A DNA stretch of 64,000 bases, from NCBI GenBank assembly GCA_041750285.1, contig JBGSZS010000007.1:128001-192000 (forward strand), read 5' to 3'. Under the pieces are notes generated by a model. That model did not search any database. It had not been told where the DNA came from and saw nothing but the letters and a program-made list of their open reading frames with translations. The DNA is from Candidatus Fermentibacteraceae bacterium (GTDB lineage: Bacteria > Fermentibacterota > Fermentibacteria > Fermentibacterales > JCC-6). Positions 39,061-49,586 of this stretch are shown here, one piece after another. Position 1 is the first letter of the stretch, and each line of letters starts with the position of its first letter. Made by a program: the position numbers and the translations under genes.

Positions 39061-40566
39061 ATGAATGAACCCGTTCTGATAACCGATGCCGGAGCCGATC
39101 TGGAGGGAGTGGCCAGGGTTGCGGGAGGGGCGCCGCTTGAGCTCTCCCCTGCGGCCGTGCGTGCCATGGAGCACGGCCGAAGCGCCATAGAGACCCTGCT
39201 TGGATCCGGACGCGCGATCTACGGCGTGAATACGGGTTTTGGAAGGCTCGCAACCAAAGTGATCGAAGGCGATGCTCTTTCAGACCTTCAGCGAAACCTG
39301 CTGCTTAGCCACTCCTGCGGCACCGGTCCCCTGCTTTCCAGGGAACAGGTCAGGGTAATGGTTTTTCTCAGGGTGGCATCACTTGCCAGGGGAAGGAGCG
39401 GGATCAGGCCCTGCGTGGTCGAGAATCTGGTCAAACTGGCCAACGGCCCCGTCTTTCCTGCCGTTCCATCCCGTGGTTCCCTGGGAGCTTCAGGCGATCT
39501 CGCGCCCCTCTCCCACATGTGCCTTCCATTGATCGGCGAGGGTGAGTGCGTGACCGACACCGGTGAGGTCATAACCGGCGCCGAAGCCCTTGAGCTGCTG
39601 GGAATGAAGCCTGTGACCCTTGCCGCGAAAGAGGGGCTGTCGCTCATCAACGGAACCCAGTTCATGACCGCCCTGCTCTCCCTTGCGCTGATCGAAGCCC
39701 GTGCGCTGATGGACTCGGCAGACTCAGCCGCTGCCCTGACCCTTGAGGCGCTGCTTGGAACCGATGCCGCGCTTGAACACGAACTGCTTTCACTCCGGCC
39801 GCACCCGGGCGCCCTGGAGTCGGCCCGGAGAATCAGGCGGCTGCTCGCGGGCTCCGAGATCCTTAAAAGCCACAGGGACTGCGAGCGGGTTCAGGACGCC
39901 TATTCACTCAGGTGCACCCCCCAGGTGCACGGCGCGTGCCGCGACGCCCTGTCGTATGTCGAATCGGTGGTAAGGCTCGAACTCCTCTCGGTCACCGACA
40001 ACCCTCTTCTAATGGAAGACGGCAGGATGGTCAGCGGCGGCAATTTTCACGGTCAGCCCCTTTCAATGGCGGCTGATCACCTGAAAACTGTTGCCGCAGT
40101 TCTTGGCAACATCTCCGAAAGAAGGATCGAGAGGCTTTTGAACCCCGACCTTTCAGGTTTGCCCGCTTTTCTCGCGCATGAGCCCGGCATGAACTCTGGT
40201 CTGATGATCGCCCAGTACACCGCGGCGTCACTGGTGAGCGAGAACAAGATACTGGCCCATCCCTCCTGCGTTGACAGCATTCCCGTGAGCGGCAACCAGG
40301 AGGATCATGTATCCATGGGGGCCACGGCTGCACGTCACTGCGCGGAGATGGTCAGGAACTCTACCCACGTCATTGCAACCGAGCTGGTGTGCGGCGTCCA
40401 GGCTCACCGTTTCCTTGAAAGGGGGGCAATGGGTTCAGGCAACAGAGAGACCATGAGGCTTGTGGAAATGGTCTTTGAACCCATGGATTCCGACCGGCGT
40501 TTCGTGGCCGACATAGAGGCGGTTGCCGAACTCATCCGGCAGGGGTGTCTGGGTCAGGCTTCGTAA
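39061..40566 (+). CDS. hutH: histidine ammonia-lyase
   Basis: YGVNTGFG, GASGDL (MIO), KEGLSLINGT, QDAYSLRC, NQEDHVSMG. Confidence 0.95.
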   Translation: MNEPVLITDAGADLEGVARVAGGAPLELSPAAVRAMEHGRSAIETLLGSGRAIYGVNTGFGRLATKVIEGDALSDLQRNLLLSHSCGTGPLLSREQVRVMVFLRVASLARGRSGIRPCVVENLVKLANGPVFPAVPSRGSLGASGDLAPLSHMCLPLIGEGECVTDTGEVITGAEALELLGMKPVTLAAKEGLSLINGTQFMTALLSLALIEARALMDSADSAAALTLEALLGTDAALEHELLSLRPHPGALESARRIRRLLAGSEILKSHRDCERVQDAYSLRCTPQVHGACRDALSYVESVVRLELLSVTDNPLLMEDGRMVSGGNFHGQPLSMAADHLKTVAAVLGNISERRIERLLNPDLSGLPAFLAHEPGMNSGLMIAQYTAASLVSENKILAHPSCVDSIPVSGNQEDHVSMGATAARHCAEMVRNSTHVIATELVCGVQAHRFLERGAMGSGNRETMRLVEMVFEPMDSDRRFVADIEAVAELIRQGCLGQAS

Positions 40567-40982
40567 AGCCCGGAGTCCCGTGATGGCGATCCTCCGGCGG
40601 CTCCGCCCGGTTCATCGTCACCCCCGAGACCCATGGCCTCAAGTTCCTGTTCGATGCGTTCGGGGTCCTCTCCTGCTTCAAGACGGCCCAGGGCATGCTC
40701 AAGTTCGGGGCCAAGGTCTTCCCCCATCTGGTCTGCCATTTTACGGACGGCGCGGGCCATGGCTTTGGGATCGTTCTCATCAAGCCCCGCCAGTTCGCCT
40801 GCCATGTCGTCCATGTCATCCGTTCCGGATTTCGTGCCGGGTGTGCTGAAGCGGCTCATGACCCGTTCGAGTTCCCTGGCTCCGCACCTGGGGCAGACCG
40901 GGGTGGTCCCGGGCGTCGCCCTCCTTACCAGGAACTGGTAGATGGTGTTGCACGGCTTGCAGAAGTATTCGTAAATGGGCAT
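40554..40982 (-). CDS. FmdB-family zinc ribbon protein with acidic helical tail
   Basis: MPIYEYFCKPC...CPRCG. Confidence 0.85.
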   Translation of the reverse strand: MPIYEYFCKPCNTIYQFLVRRATPGTTPVCPRCGARELERVMSRFSTPGTKSGTDDMDDMAGELAGLDENDPKAMARAVRKMADQMGEDLGPELEHALGRLEAGEDPERIEQELEAMGLGGDDEPGGAAGGSPSRDSGLYEA

Positions 40983-41851
40983 TGCAGGTCCTCCAGTCTC
41001 ATCGATGATACGAAAACTCCACTGCCCTCGGGAAGCCCCGTTGCCCTGGCCACCACCGGGCACTTCACGACGAAGGAGTGAAAGAGCCTCGGGTCACGGG
41101 CACCCCAGAGGCCTTCGAGGTTGCCCTGCCCCTTGGCAAGTACCAGGTCGCAGTTCGTGAACACCCGGGCTGCCTCGCGGGACAGCAGCTCCGGTACTAT
41201 CGAAGGCACATCGCTGCCGCTTTCCAGGATCCGTGAGAAGTGATGGAGACCGGCCATTTCGGCGTCCTCCCTTGTGGCATCGTTCATGACGGGAAGCGGC
41301 CTCACCATGTAGAACACTTGTCCGGTGAAGCCGGAATGCTCGAGGAACAGCCTGTCCACTACCGTCTCACCGGCGTTGTCCCCCAGTATGAGCAGCGTGG
41401 AAGCGGCCGACAGTGCGCGAAGGAACGCCCTCCTTTCGTCAACCGCCAGGGCGTTTTGAAACATCCCGGCCAGCGCCTCCGGATCCGGCAGGCTGCGTCC
41501 CTGAGCCGTGTCGAGCAGGTTGCACCATGTGGCTGCCGCAAGTGCGCCCATTGCGGGGGCCCGGGTTGCCTGCAGCCTCTCCCTCAGGTCGGGGAGGCTC
41601 GCGAGAAGGCTCATTGTGAAGAACCGCTTCTCATTCTCGAAGATGTCGGGGACGTCCGATGCCTCACGGAGCCTCCGCCAGGCCCCCGCTCCCGCAAGAG
41701 GAGGTGGAGTGCCCAGTTCAAGGGCATCGATGATCCCGGGCAGATAAAGGCCGAGGGATTCGCGGGGCAGTCCCGCCCGGGAGAGGAACCCCGTGAAGCC
41801 CCTTTCGAAGCACTTGCCGCAGATCCCGGGTTCGGGCTTAAGACCCGGCAA
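40925..41851 (-). CDS. DUF89/ARMT1-like damage-control phosphatase
   Basis: N-terminal CxxC, GDNAGETVVD, PVMNDAT, AKGQGNLE, VKC. Confidence 0.85.
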   Translation of the reverse strand: MPGLKPEPGICGKCFERGFTGFLSRAGLPRESLGLYLPGIIDALELGTPPPLAGAGAWRRLREASDVPDIFENEKRFFTMSLLASLPDLRERLQATRAPAMGALAAATWCNLLDTAQGRSLPDPEALAGMFQNALAVDERRAFLRALSAASTLLILGDNAGETVVDRLFLEHSGFTGQVFYMVRPLPVMNDATREDAEMAGLHHFSRILESGSDVPSIVPELLSREAARVFTNCDLVLAKGQGNLEGLWGARDPRLFHSFVVKCPVVARATGLPEGSGVFVSSMRLEDLQCPFTNTSASRATPSTSSW

Positions 41852-42428
41852 TACCCGATTCCTTAAGGAACATGCGGTGGACCCTGTCGTCTCGTGTCAG
41901 TTCCGGGTGAAAGCTCGCAAGCCATACGTTCCGCTGCCTTATGAAAACCGCACCCTCGGTCACCGAAGCAAGGACGGAAGCACCGGGAGCCAGGGGACAG
42001 AGAAGGGGAGCCCTTATGAAAACCCCCGGAAAAGGGGTTTCAAGACCAGTGATCAGAATATCCTGCCTGAAGCTCGCGACCTGTCTGCCGAAGCTGTTCC
42101 TCTCGGCACGGACATCGGCTGCGCCAAGGCTTTCCTGGTCAACAATGTGCTCACGCTCGGTGACTTCCCGGGACAGCAGAACCGCGCCGGCGCATGTCCC
42201 AAGTACGGGGAGACCCTTTCCGATGGCGTCACGCAGGGGTTCGAAAAGCTGCCATCTCTTTAGAAGAAGGATCATTGCCGTGGATTCACCACCCGGAATC
42301 ACCAGGGCGGAAACCCCAACCAGCCCTTTGGGTTCCCGTATCTCCACAACACGCTGCCCAAGGGAGGAGAGCATGGTGCAGTGCTCCGAAACACCACCCT
42401 GCAGGGCCAGAACACCCACTTCAGCCAT
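41838..42428 (-). CDS. pdxT: PLP synthase glutaminase subunit
   Basis: GVLALQG, PGGEST, GTCAG, FIRAP, FHPEL. Confidence 0.95.
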   Translation of the reverse strand: MAEVGVLALQGGVSEHCTMLSSLGQRVVEIREPKGLVGVSALVIPGGESTAMILLLKRWQLFEPLRDAIGKGLPVLGTCAGAVLLSREVTEREHIVDQESLGAADVRAERNSFGRQVASFRQDILITGLETPFPGVFIRAPLLCPLAPGASVLASVTEGAVFIRQRNVWLASFHPELTRDDRVHRMFLKESGIAGS

Positions 42429-43321
42429 TACCAGCCCCTGTGGGCCAGGCGATCCTCTTCGGAAAGGGTGCTGATGTTTATCCCGACCATGGCTTCCCCG
42501 AGTCCCCGGGAAACTTCGGCGATTATTCCGGGCTGGTCGAAACGGCTTACGGCCTCGACGATCGCACGGGCACGCTTCTCGGGATTTCCGCTCTTGAAGA
42601 TGCCGCTGCCGACGAATACGCCGTCCATGCCGAGCTGCATCATAAGGGCTGCGTCGGCGGGAGTCGCTATCCCGCCCGCTGCGAAGTTCACAACGGGAAG
42701 TCTGCCGTTCCGGTGGACGAACATGACCAGGTCGTAGGGGGCACCCATGTTCTTGGCTTCGGACATGAGCTCCTCCTCCCTCATGGCCCGGATGCGCCTT
42801 ATGTCTCCCAGAACCTGTCTGGCGTGCCGGACGGCCTCGACGACGTTGCCGGTGCCTGCCTCGCCCTTGGTGCGGATCATGGCGGCGCCCTCGCCTATGC
42901 GTCTGAGGGCTTCTCCCAGGTTCACTGCACCGCATACGAAGGGAACCTTGAAGGCATGCTTGTTCACATGGTGCTTCTCATCGGCGGGGGTGAGAACCTC
43001 TGATTCGTCGACGAAGTCGATCTCCAAAGCCTCGAGCACCTGGGCTTCCACGAAATGGCCGATCCGGCATTTGGCCATAACGGGAATGGTAACCGCCTTC
43101 TGTATGGCTGTGATCACGTCAGGGTCGGACATCCTTGCGACGCCGCCCTGAACCCTGATGTCGGCTGGAACCCTTTCTAGCGCCATCACCGCCACAGCGC
43201 CCGCTGCCTGGGCGATCTCCGCCTGCCGGGCAGTGACCACGTCCATGATCACTCCACCCTTGAGCATTTCGGCGTGTCCCGCCTTTACCTCCCAGCCACC
43301 TTCGTCTCGCGTGAAACTCAT
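42428..43321 (-). CDS. pdxS: PLP synthase lyase subunit
   Basis: [39 protein letters not shown]. Confidence 0.97.
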   Translation of the reverse strand: MSFTRDEGGWEVKAGHAEMLKGGVIMDVVTARQAEIAQAAGAVAVMALERVPADIRVQGGVARMSDPDVITAIQKAVTIPVMAKCRIGHFVEAQVLEALEIDFVDESEVLTPADEKHHVNKHAFKVPFVCGAVNLGEALRRIGEGAAMIRTKGEAGTGNVVEAVRHARQVLGDIRRIRAMREEELMSEAKNMGAPYDLVMFVHRNGRLPVVNFAAGGIATPADAALMMQLGMDGVFVGSGIFKSGNPEKRARAIVEAVSRFDQPGIIAEVSRGLGEAMVGINISTLSEEDRLAHRGW

Positions 43322-43330
43322 TTTGGTTCC

Positions 43331-43768
43331 TTACCCCTGAAGCTGAAGTGACTCCAAGTATTCAAGTTCCTTGTCCTGAAGAAGGTCAAGCCTTCTTGCC
43401 AGGCCTTCGCCGTGGGCTTGCCACTGTTCTGTCGGCGCCCCGTTGAAAAGGACCAGAGACCTCCTGTACCAGTCTATTGATGCCGCCGCGGCCTTCATGC
43501 AATCCGAGAGCTCCCGGGTTGGTTCGCCGCCTTCGGCCAGAGCGCTTCTAAGCGCACAATCTGCCCTGACAAGTGAGCATGCCATGTTGAACATCCCGCC
43601 CGCCGGAGATGAAAGGGGGCTGGATGGAGAATATGCCACCCACCCGTCAAGCAATGCGGTGATCTGACGGCTCATCCCCTCGAAGCTTCCGGGAGCCGTC
43701 TGGAGCAAGATAAGTGTCACTGCCAGTAAACCTGCCATGATCGGAATATAGGTTTCGGCCCTCATCAT
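43331..43768 (-). CDS. hypothetical protein with N-terminal TM
   Basis: Open frame filling the gap upstream of pdxS; no recognised motif. Confidence 0.55.
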   Translation of the reverse strand: MMRAETYIPIMAGLLAVTLILLQTAPGSFEGMSRQITALLDGWVAYSPSSPLSSPAGGMFNMACSLVRADCALRSALAEGGEPTRELSDCMKAAAASIDWYRRSLVLFNGAPTEQWQAHGEGLARRLDLLQDKELEYLESLQLQG

Positions 43769-43843
43769 TTCAATCCCGCCCTTTCCCCCGGGAAGGAGTT
43801 TTGGCATAATCAAGCGTTATGTGGTTTTCGAAGGGAGTCTCTT

Positions 43844-44227
43844 TTGAAGGTCTGCTGGCTGATCATGGTGTTCGTGGCCGCATCTTCCGCCGGCCCGTAT
43901 GAAGACCTTCTTGCAAGGGGCGTACCTGTTCGTGCAGTGACAACGGAAGAAGACAGCTTCCTTGTCGAGATCACCGGCAGCCTTTCCCAGGGGGACAGCC
44001 TTCTCAAACACTACGGGGGCACCTTTTTCCTTCTTCTTGACAGCATAGCGGGAGGATGGCCCCTGATGAGTCTCGAGGTCAGGATCTCAGGTGCTGCCCT
44101 CATTATTTTCCGCGAGGACGTGTTCGAAGCGCTCAGCCTCATGGGGCGGGGTGCGGACGAGCAGGCACTGGCGTCCTGGGTTCTGGAGCATACCTGGGTC
44201 GTTCATTCCGGCCCGGAACAGCCCTAG
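43844..44227 (+). CDS. hypothetical exported protein
   Basis: TTG start after AGGGAG, signal peptide ending ASSA. Confidence 0.6.
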   Translation: MKVCWLIMVFVAASSAGPYEDLLARGVPVRAVTTEEDSFLVEITGSLSQGDSLLKHYGGTFFLLLDSIAGGWPLMSLEVRISGAALIIFREDVFEALSLMGRGADEQALASWVLEHTWVVHSGPEQP

Positions 44228-45663
44228 ACTCCGCCTTTTCCCATCAGTATCACGGGTACGGTCTTCATCACGAGCCTGAAGTCGAGGCTGTACGACATGT
44301 CTATGGTGTAGAGGAAATCAAGGAACTGGGCGTGGTCAAAGGGCAGACGGCTTCTCCCGTAGACCTGCCATATGCCCGTGAGACCGGGCTTCACGGTAAA
44401 GCGTCTGTTCTGCCAGTTCTTGTAGAATTCCAGTTCGTAGGGTATGCACGGCCTTGGACCAACAAGCGTCATCTCCCCGCGGATAACGTTGAAGAGCTGC
44501 GGGAGTTCGTCTATTGAGGTCTTTCTGATCAGTCTGCCCACGGTGGTGATCCGGCTTTTCTGGTTGAGCTTGAACTTGTCGGGTTCACCTGAACTCCGTC
44601 CCATGGCATACTCGGCGAAGTACTTCCGGTGATCGGTGGAGTTCGTGCCCGTCGAGTCGTGGGTCATGGACCGGAATTTCAGGAAGCTGAAGTGACGTGA
44701 CCCGAGCCCGACCCTCGTCTGACGGAAGAAAACCGGACCTTTGCTGGAAAGCCTTATCAACAGGGCAACAACAATAAGAAGGGGAGAGACCGCCATGATG
44801 GCAACGCTTCCGATGAGGATGTCCATGATCCTTGCAGCCAGATCGTTCTTTGTGGTCCGCGCCTGTTTGAGGAAACTGACCGCGCCGTAGTCTTCGAGGC
44901 TGAGCCACGGATCGAAGTAGCCCAGGTTCAGGATGTGCTCGGAGAAGATGACGAAGGGGATCCCCGCGTCGTGGAGAAGTATCGAGGTCTCTGCAACGCA
45001 GTTGAGGTCGTGGTTGCCGAAAAGGATGAACACCTGGTCGCAGTGCTTTTCCCTCGACAGCTTCACGCACAGACCGTAGATCTCCTCCGGAGCATCAGGG
45101 AGGTCCATGGCGACTGTTGTCACCGAACTTGTCTGCCTGTAGACGGGCGCTTTCCTTATCAGGGCCGATATCTTTTCAGCTTCGGAGGGGTTGCCGACCA
45201 CGAGAGCGCACGAGCCGCAGGACTTGAACAGCCTGTACCAGTACCCGCAGGCCCATGGCAATATGACCATCCTGGCTGTTATCCCGAAGACCGCCCACAC
45301 GAACATGTGCAGGACGATGACTATCCTGCTGTCGAAGAAGATCCCCCTTGTGTTCTTCAGCAGGAAAACGGTCAGCGCGTAGGCGGCCGTGGTCACAAGA
45401 ACGAGCCGTATCATCCTGTAGGAGTACATTGTTCTGTTCATGGAGGTGCGGAAGGAGTAGAGGTTCTCCACAATGCTCAGCATGAACAGCCACAGCGCGT
45501 AGAAAGCCCATGTTCCGACATAGGTCGTGAGCGGATAGGCATCAAGCCTGCCGAATCTGAGCAGGGTCGCCGGGATGAAGGCGGCCGCGAGGCAGATCAG
45601 GTCGGTCAGGATGGCGAGCCCCTGATATGTCCGGTTCAGAGCCAGTTGTCTGCCCCTCTTCAA
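44224..45663 (-). CDS. polyprenyl-phosphate glycosylphosphotransferase (priming sugar transferase)
   Basis: N-terminal TMs; KFRSM, RKTSIDELPQLFNV.RGEMTLVGPRP, KPGLTGIWQV. Confidence 0.9.
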   Translation of the reverse strand: MKRGRQLALNRTYQGLAILTDLICLAAAFIPATLLRFGRLDAYPLTTYVGTWAFYALWLFMLSIVENLYSFRTSMNRTMYSYRMIRLVLVTTAAYALTVFLLKNTRGIFFDSRIVIVLHMFVWAVFGITARMVILPWACGYWYRLFKSCGSCALVVGNPSEAEKISALIRKAPVYRQTSSVTTVAMDLPDAPEEIYGLCVKLSREKHCDQVFILFGNHDLNCVAETSILLHDAGIPFVIFSEHILNLGYFDPWLSLEDYGAVSFLKQARTTKNDLAARIMDILIGSVAIMAVSPLLIVVALLIRLSSKGPVFFRQTRVGLGSRHFSFLKFRSMTHDSTGTNSTDHRKYFAEYAMGRSSGEPDKFKLNQKSRITTVGRLIRKTSIDELPQLFNVIRGEMTLVGPRPCIPYELEFYKNWQNRRFTVKPGLTGIWQVYGRSRLPFDHAQFLDFLYTIDMSYSLDFRLVMKTVPVILMGKGGV

Positions 45664-45666
45664 TGC

Positions 45667-46812
45667 CTACTCCCCGAAGAACGCGGCGATGGCGTCAGCC
45701 ACCTCCCGCTGCTGGGCTTGCGTTATCCCCGGGAACATGGGGAGAGTGAGGTTTTCGAGCGAGTTCCGTTCGGAAACGGGGAAGTCGCCGGGTTTGTGAC
45801 CGAGGTAGGCGTACGCCTTCTGAAGGTGCAAAGGATGCGGATAGTGCATTCCGCTGGCTATGCCCCGCACGGAGAGGAACTCCCTGAGGGCGTCACGTCT
45901 GGGGGTGTGCACGGTGTAGAGATGAAACACGTGCCTGGTGGACGGGGCTTCTTCTGGAAGCTGCAGGGGCAGGTCCCCGAGAAGCTGCCCGTACCTTGAT
46001 GCCGCCTCCCTGCGCTGATCGTTCCACCGGTGGATGTGCCCGGCCTTGACCCCGAGAACAGCCCCCTGAATGGCGCACATCCTGTAGTTGTGACCAACGA
46101 AGTCGTAGTAGTACTTGTCGCGGGATCCGTGATCCCTGAGACTTCTCGCCCTGCCATTGAGATCGCTGTCATCCGTCGTGATGGCGCCGCCTTCCCCGAA
46201 GGCCCCCATGTTCTTTCCAGGGTAGAAGCTGAACGAGGCGGCAATGCCGAAGGAACCGGCGGGCCTGCCGGCGCGGTTCGCATCGTGGCTCTGGGCGGCA
46301 TCCTCGAAGAGCATCATGCGGTTTTCCCCGGCCATCGATTCAAGCCTGGTGTGGTCAGCCGGGTGACCGTACAGATCGACAGCCATCACAGCCCTTACGA
46401 CAGCATTCGTACGCGGATCCACCACACCCGAGGGGGTGCGGTTCCTCTCTATGAAAGCCTCGCACAGAGCCGGATCGAGGTTCCATGTCCTGTCCTCGGC
46501 GTCAACGAACACCGGCACCATTCCAGCGAGAATGATGCCTTCGACCGTTGCCGTGAAGGTGTTGGGCGGAACGATCACGCCACTCCCGGGTTCGAGACCG
46601 GACGCCGTCAGCATGCAGTGAAGCGCCGCGGTGCCGTTGGATACGGCGATGCAGTAACGGGACCCGGTTATCCGGGCGAACTTTTCTTCAAACGCGGCCA
46701 CCTTCGGGCCGAGAACGTAGCCGCAGCTTTCCAGTACGTCGTTTATCTCCGGAGTGACCTCGTCACGGATCTCGTTGTAGATGGCCTTGAGGTCTAGAAA
46801 GGGAACAGCCAT
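45667..46812 (-). CDS. DegT/DnrJ/EryC1/StrS aminotransferase
   Basis: VSNGTAALH, EDAAQSH, SFYPGKNMGAFGEGG. Confidence 0.92.
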   Translation of the reverse strand: MAVPFLDLKAIYNEIRDEVTPEINDVLESCGYVLGPKVAAFEEKFARITGSRYCIAVSNGTAALHCMLTASGLEPGSGVIVPPNTFTATVEGIILAGMVPVFVDAEDRTWNLDPALCEAFIERNRTPSGVVDPRTNAVVRAVMAVDLYGHPADHTRLESMAGENRMMLFEDAAQSHDANRAGRPAGSFGIAASFSFYPGKNMGAFGEGGAITTDDSDLNGRARSLRDHGSRDKYYYDFVGHNYRMCAIQGAVLGVKAGHIHRWNDQRREAASRYGQLLGDLPLQLPEEAPSTRHVFHLYTVHTPRRDALREFLSVRGIASGMHYPHPLHLQKAYAYLGHKPGDFPVSERNSLENLTLPMFPGITQAQQREVADAIAAFFGE

Positions 46813-46824
46813 TACTTCCTCCGA

Positions 46825-47739
46825 TCAGACTGGAATCTTCTTCCAGTTGCTGTAGCCCCCGATGCTGGTTCCGAGAAGCCTTTCAAGAAGGGTATGGAGC
46901 CTCATGGAAAGCAGAAGGTGCTCGTGTCGCGGTGGGTGGGCAGGATCGCCGAAGTCTTCGGCCCTCCAGTCCTTGTTCCTGATTCGATCAGCCATGACAG
47001 CGGGGTGCGTTCCCCTGAATAGCGGGACTCTGGCAAGCGGGCCGTAGTCCCAGGGAATGTCGGATTCGGTGTGGTGTTTCTTCATCCAGTCCGCGCTGTG
47101 GTGAAGACGGTCCAGCGCCTTCTGTTTCCTGCTCATCACCAGCGGGTGTCTGACCCACCCGTAATGGTAGACCCAGGCCCCGGAATCGACCACGCGAAGC
47201 TTCCTCGTGCCTTCCTCCATCCTGAAGCTCTGGGCGCTCTTCCAGCTTCTGATGCCACGTCCGGACCTTACGACCCTTATGTCGTGACCGTACCAGCAGT
47301 GGCTTCTTTGAACCCTGCCGTAGTCGCCCCAGAAGTGGTTGTATGAGAAGAGCAGCCCGTCCGCCTCGGGGTGGGTCCTGCAGCGTTCAATGGCGTCAAG
47401 TATTCTCTGATGGTCGTTCTCGTGGATGACCTCGTCCGCCTGAAGATAGAAACACCATTCACCCGTGCAGTGATCGAGGGCGATGTTCGTCTGATCGGCA
47501 TTGGTGGCGCCCCGGACGAAGCGGTCGGGATTCCAGGGCGTGTGGATCAGCCTGATCTTCGGGTCGGCGATGGCTTCGATGACTTCCCTGGTGTTGTCCG
47601 AACAGTCCCCCAGGTTCACGATGAACTCATCCACGATCGGAAGGATCGATCTGATGGATTCCGCGACCGGGTAATCGAGCTTCACGGCATCACGTACGAA
47701 GGTGAACCCGGATATGGACGGGCGGGGCGCAATGGTCAA
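46825..47739 (-). CDS. glycosyltransferase family 2
   Basis: TTG after AAGGAG; SGFTFVRD..KLDYP, WCFYLQADE, YHYGWVR. Confidence 0.85.
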   Translation of the reverse strand: MTIAPRPSISGFTFVRDAVKLDYPVAESIRSILPIVDEFIVNLGDCSDNTREVIEAIADPKIRLIHTPWNPDRFVRGATNADQTNIALDHCTGEWCFYLQADEVIHENDHQRILDAIERCRTHPEADGLLFSYNHFWGDYGRVQRSHCWYGHDIRVVRSGRGIRSWKSAQSFRMEEGTRKLRVVDSGAWVYHYGWVRHPLVMSRKQKALDRLHHSADWMKKHHTESDIPWDYGPLARVPLFRGTHPAVMADRIRNKDWRAEDFGDPAHPPRHEHLLLSMRLHTLLERLLGTSIGGYSNWKKIPV

Positions 47740-47762
47740 TTCCGTACTCCTTCCGAGGTGCG

Positions 47763-47791
47763 AAAATACCCCGGAAACGGGCGTTCTGCAA
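47763..47791 (-). promoter_or_regulatory. putative sigma70 promoter of GT2-DegT-transferase operon
   Basis: TTGCAG-N17-TATTTT. Confidence 0.5.
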
Positions 47792-47795
47792 GCGG

Positions 47796-49586
47796 TCATT
47801 CCACCCCGGTGTTGACAAGCAGCCTCAGGCACCCCCCGGCGTTCACGGCCAGGTCTGGAACTCCATCGCAGTTGAAATCGACCGCCGAGACATGCCAGCC
47901 ATCCATCACCCTTGCTCCCGCCAACCACGTCACGTCGATGAAACCGCATCCCGTGTTCATGTATAGAAAACTGCGGCGATTGGGATATACGCTGGTGATG
48001 TACAGGTCGGGAAGGCCGTCTGAGTCGAAATCGGCCCAGGCAGGGAAGGAATGTGTCTCCTCGTACTTTATCCCCATCTCCGCCCTGACGTCGGTGAAGC
48101 GTCCTCCGTCATTCCTCAGAAGCATGCTGCGGTTCGAAAAGACAATGAAGCGGGGGTGGGCAAGGTTGGCGGAGAAAACATCGATATCGCCGTCGAGGTC
48201 GAAGTCGCACCATGCACTTCCGATGGTGTGGCCCAGTGCGCCCTTGACCCTGACGCCGTCGAGTCCCCGCAGAGGCGCGGTGTTTGTGGGCACACCATCC
48301 ACATTCTCCCAGAGCACGTTCGGATCCAGCCTGTAGTTGGAGACAAGGATCGACTGACTGCCGTCCCCCTCCAGGTCGACAACGGAAACGCTCCTTCCGC
48401 AGAGGGGAGGGTCCAGCTCGAAACCGGCGGCCCGGGTGAACCCCCCCGGGCCGCCCAGGTAGAACGCGTCGGGCCGCCCGAGCCCCGTTGTGTCGGCGTC
48501 TTCGTAAACGGCAAGGTAGATGTCCAAGAAGCCGTCACCGTTCCAGTCAAGAGCTGCGGCTCCCTCGATCTGAGCCTCGACCGGTTCCAGCCCCATCTCC
48601 CGTGCGGCCTCCCTGAAGCTGCCGTCGGGCATCTGAAGGAACAGCAGGGGCTGTCTTCCAAGGCCAAGGATGTCCACAAGGCCGTCGCTGTTCAGGTCAG
48701 CCAGAACGCCTCCGTTCACGGGAAGCGAGTCGAGCGTCCCGAATCCGCAAGGCCTGTTGAGAAGCACCATGCCGCCGGCCAGGACATCGGGTCTTCCGTC
48801 ACCGTCGATGTCGCCCCAGCAGTGGCGCGTGCCCGGCACCGTGTCCGGCAGCAGTTCCGATGCATCGCTGAAGACGGGGCCGTCATATCCCGCCAGTTCC
48901 CTGCATTTCTCCAGATACCCATCCCCCAGAATCACATGCAGCAGGCTGTCCGCCCTGGACCCCCAGCGGTCCGTCATGTCGCCTTCCGAGGCAGCCCTGA
49001 TCAGGAGCCCGACGCCCCGAAGGGTGTCACCGGTCTCAATGCAGGCTCCTCCGGCGTAATAGAGGTAAGGTGCGCCAGTGTGATGGTCGTTCACGGAGAA
49101 GAGCCCCGGTTGGAGGAGGGGCTCCAGCTCTTCGAGGGCGGCGATCCTGTCTCCCCTGCCGTAGAAGCCGCGACAGCGGTTGAACCTGAGATTGCATCTG
49201 AGCGCGCGCCCCACGAGCTTCCACTCCTCCGGGGGGATGCCTTCCGGATGCCACCTGTCGAATGCCTCGAGCCCGCGGGTCGCTGTTACAAGGGCTCTCT
49301 CCGGAAAGGAATCGAGGGCTGCGTCCGAGGCGATGAACCATGCCCTTGGATCCCCCGGGAGTTCATCAATCCAGAGAGTGAGGACCGAGTCGGACCTGGA
49401 GCTGTCCGAGCAGCAGTACATCCAGGCCAATCCCCGAAAGTACTCCGGAAGGTCTGGTTCACGGGCGAGAAGGGCCAGCAACGAGTCAACCCGTTCAGTT
49501 CCCGGGCCCGACTGCCATGCTTCGTAGAAGGCGTCCCTGCCCATCTCGTAGGGCATGGCCAGAAGCATCGTCAGAAGCGGCAGCAT
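47796..49586 (-). CDS. exported protein: helical/TPR-like N-terminus plus FG-GAP/VCBS repeats
   Basis: Repeats DIDGDGRPD, DLNSDGLVD, DWNGDGFLD, DFDLDGDID, DFDSDGLPD, DFNCDGVPD. Confidence 0.85.
   Translation of the reverse strand: MLPLLTMLLAMPYEMGRDAFYEAWQSGPGTERVDSLLALLAREPDLPEYFRGLAWMYCCSDSSRSDSVLTLWIDELPGDPRAWFIASDAALDSFPERALVTATRGLEAFDRWHPEGIPPEEWKLVGRALRCNLRFNRCRGFYGRGDRIAALEELEPLLQPGLFSVNDHHTGAPYLYYAGGACIETGDTLRGVGLLIRAASEGDMTDRWGSRADSLLHVILGDGYLEKCRELAGYDGPVFSDASELLPDTVPGTRHCWGDIDGDGRPDVLAGGMVLLNRPCGFGTLDSLPVNGGVLADLNSDGLVDILGLGRQPLLFLQMPDGSFREAAREMGLEPVEAQIEGAAALDWNGDGFLDIYLAVYEDADTTGLGRPDAFYLGGPGGFTRAAGFELDPPLCGRSVSVVDLEGDGSQSILVSNYRLDPNVLWENVDGVPTNTAPLRGLDGVRVKGALGHTIGSAWCDFDLDGDIDVFSANLAHPRFIVFSNRSMLLRNDGGRFTDVRAEMGIKYEETHSFPAWADFDSDGLPDLYITSVYPNRRSFLYMNTGCGFIDVTWLAGARVMDGWHVSAVDFNCDGVPDLAVNAGGCLRLLVNTGVE

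Noticed and set aside
43801..43817. TTGGCATAATCAAGCG as a sigma54 site (also the GCAGGATCCTGC palindrome near 1897)
   Set aside because: GG-GC spacing is 9 nt rather than 10
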